Part shown: positions 59,201 through 64,000 of the stretch, in pieces
Numbering within the stretch: position 1 is the stretch's first letter
Layout of the letters: each line of letters begins with the position of its first letter
Origin: Antedon mediterranea
Lineage: Eukaryota > Animalia > Echinodermata
Length of the DNA: 64,000 nucleotides
NCBI RefSeq assembly: GCF_964355755.1
Contig: NC_092675.1
Span: forward strand, 13,860,912-13,924,911
Direction: 5' to 3'
Translations under genes and position numbers: made by a program
Notes under the pieces: model-generated
Seen by the model: the letters and a program-made list of their open reading frames with translations, nothing else
Databases searched by the model: none
What the model was told of the DNA's origin: nothing

Positions 59201-62200
59201 TCGCATTTGGAGACATTTTAGACCAATTTCTGATTTTTGAAAAAACTTGTTAACATAAAAACACCAAAGTGCTTACAATAGCTTCAAATCGTATTTGGAG
59301 ACGTTTTAGACCATTTTGTGATTTTCGAAAAAACTTGTTAACATAAAAACACCAAAGTACTTAGAATAGCTTCAAATCGCATTTGGAGACGTTTTAGACC
59401 ATTTTATGCATTTCGATGAAACTTGGTTACACAAAAACATCAAAGTGCTTAAAATCACATTATAATCCGTTTTAGACCATTTTGAGCATTTCGATAACAC
59501 TTTTCACACAAAAACATCAAAGAGCACAAAATAGCTTAATATCGTATTTAAAAACGTTTTAGACCATTTTGAGCATTTCGACAAAACTTTTTCACACAAA
59601 ACACCAACAAAGTGCTTAGAATAGCTTCAAATCGCATTTGGAGACGTTTTAGACCATTTTGTGATTTTTGGAAAAAAATTGTTAACATAAAAACACCAAA
59701 GTGCTTAGAATAGCTTCAAATCGCATTTGGAGACATTTTAGACCAATTTGTGATTTTCGAAAAAACTTGTCAACATAAAAACACCAAAGTGTTTAGAATA
59801 GCTTCAAATCGCATTTGGAGACGTGCTAGACCAATTTGTGATTTTCGAAAAAACTTATCAACATAAAAACACCAAAGGGTTTAGAATATCTTCAAATCGC
59901 ATTTGGAGACGTTTTAGACCATTTTGTGATTTTCGAAAAAACTTGTTAACATAAAAACACCAAAGTGCTTAGAATAGCTTCAAATCGCATTTGGAGACGT
60001 TTTAGACCATTTTGTGATTTTCAAAAAAAATTGTTAACATAAAAACACCAAAGTGCATAGAATCACATTATAAACCGTTTTAGACCATTTAGAGCATTTC
60101 GATAACAATTTTCACACAAAAACATCATAGAGCACAAAATAGCTTAATATCGTATTTAAAAACGTTTTAGACCATTTTGAGCATTTCGACAAAACTTGTT
60201 AACATAAAAACACCAAAGTGCTTAGAATGGCTTCAATCGCATTTGGAGACGCTTTAGACCATTTTGTGATTTTCGAAAAAAAATGTTAACATAAAAACAC
60301 CAAAGTGCTTAGAATCACATTATAAACCGTTTTAGACCATTTTGAGCATTTCGATAACAATTTTCACACAAAAACATCAAAGAGCACAAAATAGCTTAAT
60401 ATCGTATTTAAAAATGTTTTAGACCATTTTGAGCATTTAGAAAAAACTTTTTCACACAAAACACCAAAGTGCTTAGAATAGCTTCAAATCGTATTTGGAG
60501 ACGTTTTAGACCATTTTGAGATTTTCGAAAAAACTTGGTTACACAAAAACATCAAAGTGCTTAAAATCACATTATAAACCGTTTTAGACCATTTTGAGCA
60601 TTTCGATAACACTTTTCACACAAAAACATCAAAGAGCACAAAATAGCTTAATATCGTATTTAAAAACGTTTTAGACCATTTTGAGCATTTCGACAAAACT
60701 TTTTCACACAAAACACCAAAGTGCTTAGAATAGCTTCAAATCACATTTGGAGACGTGTTAGACCAATTTGTGATTTTCGAAAAAACTTATCAACATAAAA
60801 ACACCAAAGGGTTTAGAATATCTTCAAATCGCATTTGGAGACGTTTTAGACCATTTTGTGATTTTCGAAAAAACTTGTTAACATAAAAACACCAAAGTGC
60901 TTAGAATAGCTTCAAATCGCATTTGGAGACGTTTTAGACCAATTTGTGATTTTCGAAAAAACTTATCAACATAAAAACACCAAAGGGTTTAGAATAGCTT
61001 CAAATCGCATTTGGAGACGTTTTAGACCATTTTGTGATTTTGAAAAAACTTGTTAACATAAAAACACCAAAGTGCTTAGAATAGCTTCAAATCGCATTTG
61101 GAGACGTTTTAGACCATTTTGTGATTTTCGAAAAAACTTGTTAACATAAAAACACCAAAGTGCTTAGAATAGCTTCAAATCGTATTTGGAGACGTTTTAA
61201 ACCATTTTGAGATTTTCGAAAAAACTTGGTTACACAAAAACATCAAAGTGCTTAAAATCACATTATAAACCGTTTTAGACCATTTTGAGCATTTCGATAA
61301 CACTTTTCACACAAAAACATCAAAGAGCACAAAATAGCTTAATATCGTATTTAAAAACGTTTTAGACCATTTTGAGCATTTCGACAAAACTTTTTCACAC
61401 AAAACACCAAAGTGCTTAGAATAGCTTCAAATTGCATTTGGAGACGTTTTAGACCAATTTGTGCATTTCGATGAAACTTGATTACACAAAAACATCAAAG
61501 TGCTTAAAATCACATCATAAACCGTTTTAGACCATTTTGAGCATTTCGATAACACTTTTCACACAAAAACATCAAAGAGCACAAAATAGCTTAATATCGT
61601 ATTTAAAAACGCTTTAGACCATTTTGAGCATTTCGACAAAACTTTTTCACACAAAACACCAAAGTGCTTAGAATACCTTCAAATCGCATTTGGAGACGTT
61701 TTAGACCAATTTGTGCATTTCGATGAAACTTGATTACACAAAAACATCAAAGTGCTTAAAATCACATTATAAACCGTTTTAGACCATTTTGAGCATTTCG
61801 ATAACACTTTTCACACAAAAACATCAAAGAGCACAAAATAGCTTAATATCGTATTTAAAAACGTTTTAGACCATTTTGAGCATTTAGACAAAACTTTTTT
61901 ACACAAAACACCAAAGTGCTTAGAATAGCTTCAAATCGCATTTGGAGACGTTTTAGACCATTTTGTGATTTTTGAAAAAACTTGTTAACATAAAAACACC
62001 AAAGTGCTTAGAATAGCTTCAAATCACATTTGGAGACGTTTTAGACCATTTTGTGATTTTCGAAAAAACTTGTTAACATAAAAACACGAAAGTGCTCAGA
62101 ATAGCTTCAAATCGCATTTGGAAACGTTTTAGACCATTTTGTGATTTTCGAAAAAACTTGTTAACATAAAAACACGAAAGTGCTTAGAATCACATTATAA

Positions 62201-64000
62201 ACCGTTTTAGACCATTTTGAGCATTTCGATAACAATTTTCACACAAAAACATCAAAGAGCACAAAATAGCTTAATATCGTATTTAAAAATGTTTTAGACC
62301 ATTTTGAGCATTTGGATAAAACTTTTTCACACAAAACACCAAAGTGCTTAGAATAGCTTCAAATCGCATTTGGAGACGTTTTAGACCATTTTGTGATTTT
62401 TGAAAAAACTTGTTAACATAAAAACACCAAAGTGCTTAGAATAGCTTCAAATCACATTTGGAGATGTTTTTGACCATTTTGTGATTTTTGAAAAAACTTG
62501 TTAACATAAAAACACGAAAGTGCTTAGAATAGCTTCAAATCACATTTGGAGACGTTTTAGACCATTTTGTGATTTTTGAAAAAACTTGTTAACATAAAAA
62601 CACGAAAGTGCTTAGAATAGCTTCAAATCGCATTTGGAAACGTTTTAGACCATTTTGTGATTTTCGAAAAAGGTTGTTAACATAAAAACATCAAAGTGCT
62701 TAAAATCACATTATAAACCGTTTTAGACCATTTTGAACATTTCGATAACACTTTTCACACAAAAACATCAAAGAGCACAAAATAGCTTAATATCGTATTT
62801 AAAAACGTTTTAGACCATTTTGAGCATTTCGACAAAACTTTTTCACACAAAACACCAAAGTGCTTAGAATAGCTTCAAATCGCATTTGGAGACGTTTTAG
62901 ACCAATTTGTGCATTTCGATGAAACTTGATTACACAAAAACATCAACGTGCTTAAAATCACATTATAAACCGTTTTAGACCATTTTGAGCATTTCGATAA
63001 CACTTTTCACACAAAAACATCAAAGAGCACAAAATAGCTTAATATCGTATTTAAAAACGTTTTAGACCATTTTGAGCATTTAGACAAAACTTTTTCACAC
63101 AAAACACCAAAGTGCTTAGAATAGCTTCAAATCGCATTTGGAGACGTTTTAGACCATTTTGTGCATTTCGATGAAACTTGGTTACACAAAAACATCAAAG
63201 TGCTTAAAATCACATTATAAATCGTTTTAGACCATTTTGAGCATTTCGACAAAACTTTTTCACACAAAATACCAAAGGGCTTAGAATAGCTTCAAATCGC
63301 ATTTGGAGACGTTTTAGACCATTTTGTGATTTTCGAAAAAACTTTTTAACATAAAAACACCAAAGTGCTTAGAATAGCTTCAAATCACATTTGGAGACGT
63401 TTTAGACCATTTTGTGATTTTCGAAAAAACTTGTTAACATAAAAACACGAAAGTGCTTAGAATAGCTTCAAATCGCATTTGGAAACGTTTTAGACCATTT
63501 TGTGATTTTCGAAAAAAATTGTTAACATAAAAACACCAAAGTGCTTAGAATCACATTATAAACCGTTTTAGACCATTTTGAGCATTTCGATAACAATTTT
63601 CACACAAAAACATCAAAGAGCACAAAATAGCTTAATATCGTATTTAAAAATGTTTTAGACCATTTTGAGCATTTAGATAAAACTTTTTCACACAAAACAC
63701 CAAAGTGCTTAGAATAGCTTCAAATCGCATTTGGAGACGTTTTAGACCACTTTGTGATTTTTGAAAAAACTTGTTAACATAAAAACACCAAAGTGCTTAG
63801 AATAGCTTCAAATCACATTTGGAGACGTTTTAGACCATTTTGTGATTTTCGAAAAAACTTGTTAACATAAAAACACGAAAGTGCTTAGAATAGCTTCAAA
63901 TCGCATTTGGAAACGTTTTAGACCATTTTGTGATTTTCGAAAAAACTTGTTAACATAAAAACACGAAAGTGCTTAGAATAGCTTCAAATCGCATTTGGAA

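Larger units (their letters stand above)
1..64000 (+). repeat. Tandem satellite DNA array of related 88/77/87-bp monomers in a variable higher-order arrangement; runs off both ends of the window
   Basis: The core GTTTTAGACCATTTTG and the AAAG(T/A)GC monomer start recur every 77-89 bp in the same orientation from base 1 to base 64000, apart from a few deletion-derived monomers. I saw no unique sequence and no inversion. Confidence 0.99.

Noticed and set aside
1-64000. Embedded transposon, LTR, inversion or unique island
   Set aside because: I found no non-satellite sequence, strand switch, terminal repeat or target-site duplication when reading through. Every irregularity resolves to an indel or chimera of A, B or C.
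1-64000. The array as a pure assembly or sequencing artefact
   Set aside because: Copies carry hierarchical, collinear private variants consistent with real evolution. The copy number of near-identical blocks still needs read validation.

Overview
The whole 64 kb window is one uninterrupted, head-to-tail, AT-rich tandem satellite array (about 32% GC in the main monomer, counted by hand). It is eukaryotic heterochromatin/centromere-like. It contains no credible genes, RNA genes, transposons or CRISPR arrays, and every listed ORF is a by-product of the repeat. Three related monomers build it: A (88 bp), B (77 bp) and C (87 bp), all sharing the core GTTTTAGACCATTTTG. They follow a near-constant order B-C-A(n), where n runs from 1 (a 252-bp trimer) to at least 13. 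Nested duplications are layered on top, with offsets of 428, 694, 1371, 1724, 2220, 2566, about 5.1-5.8 kb and about 23.5-25.3 kb, traceable through private SNPs and deletion junctions. The most notable properties are about 10-bp phased T-tracts, a one-helical-turn (10-bp) deletion that appears to have arisen twice, short palindromes in monomers A and C, many CpG-to-TpG/CpA variants, and two B-C haplotype lineages. I cannot identify the species or satellite family from sequence alone, and centromeric function is inference only. All coordinates and offsets were read by eye.
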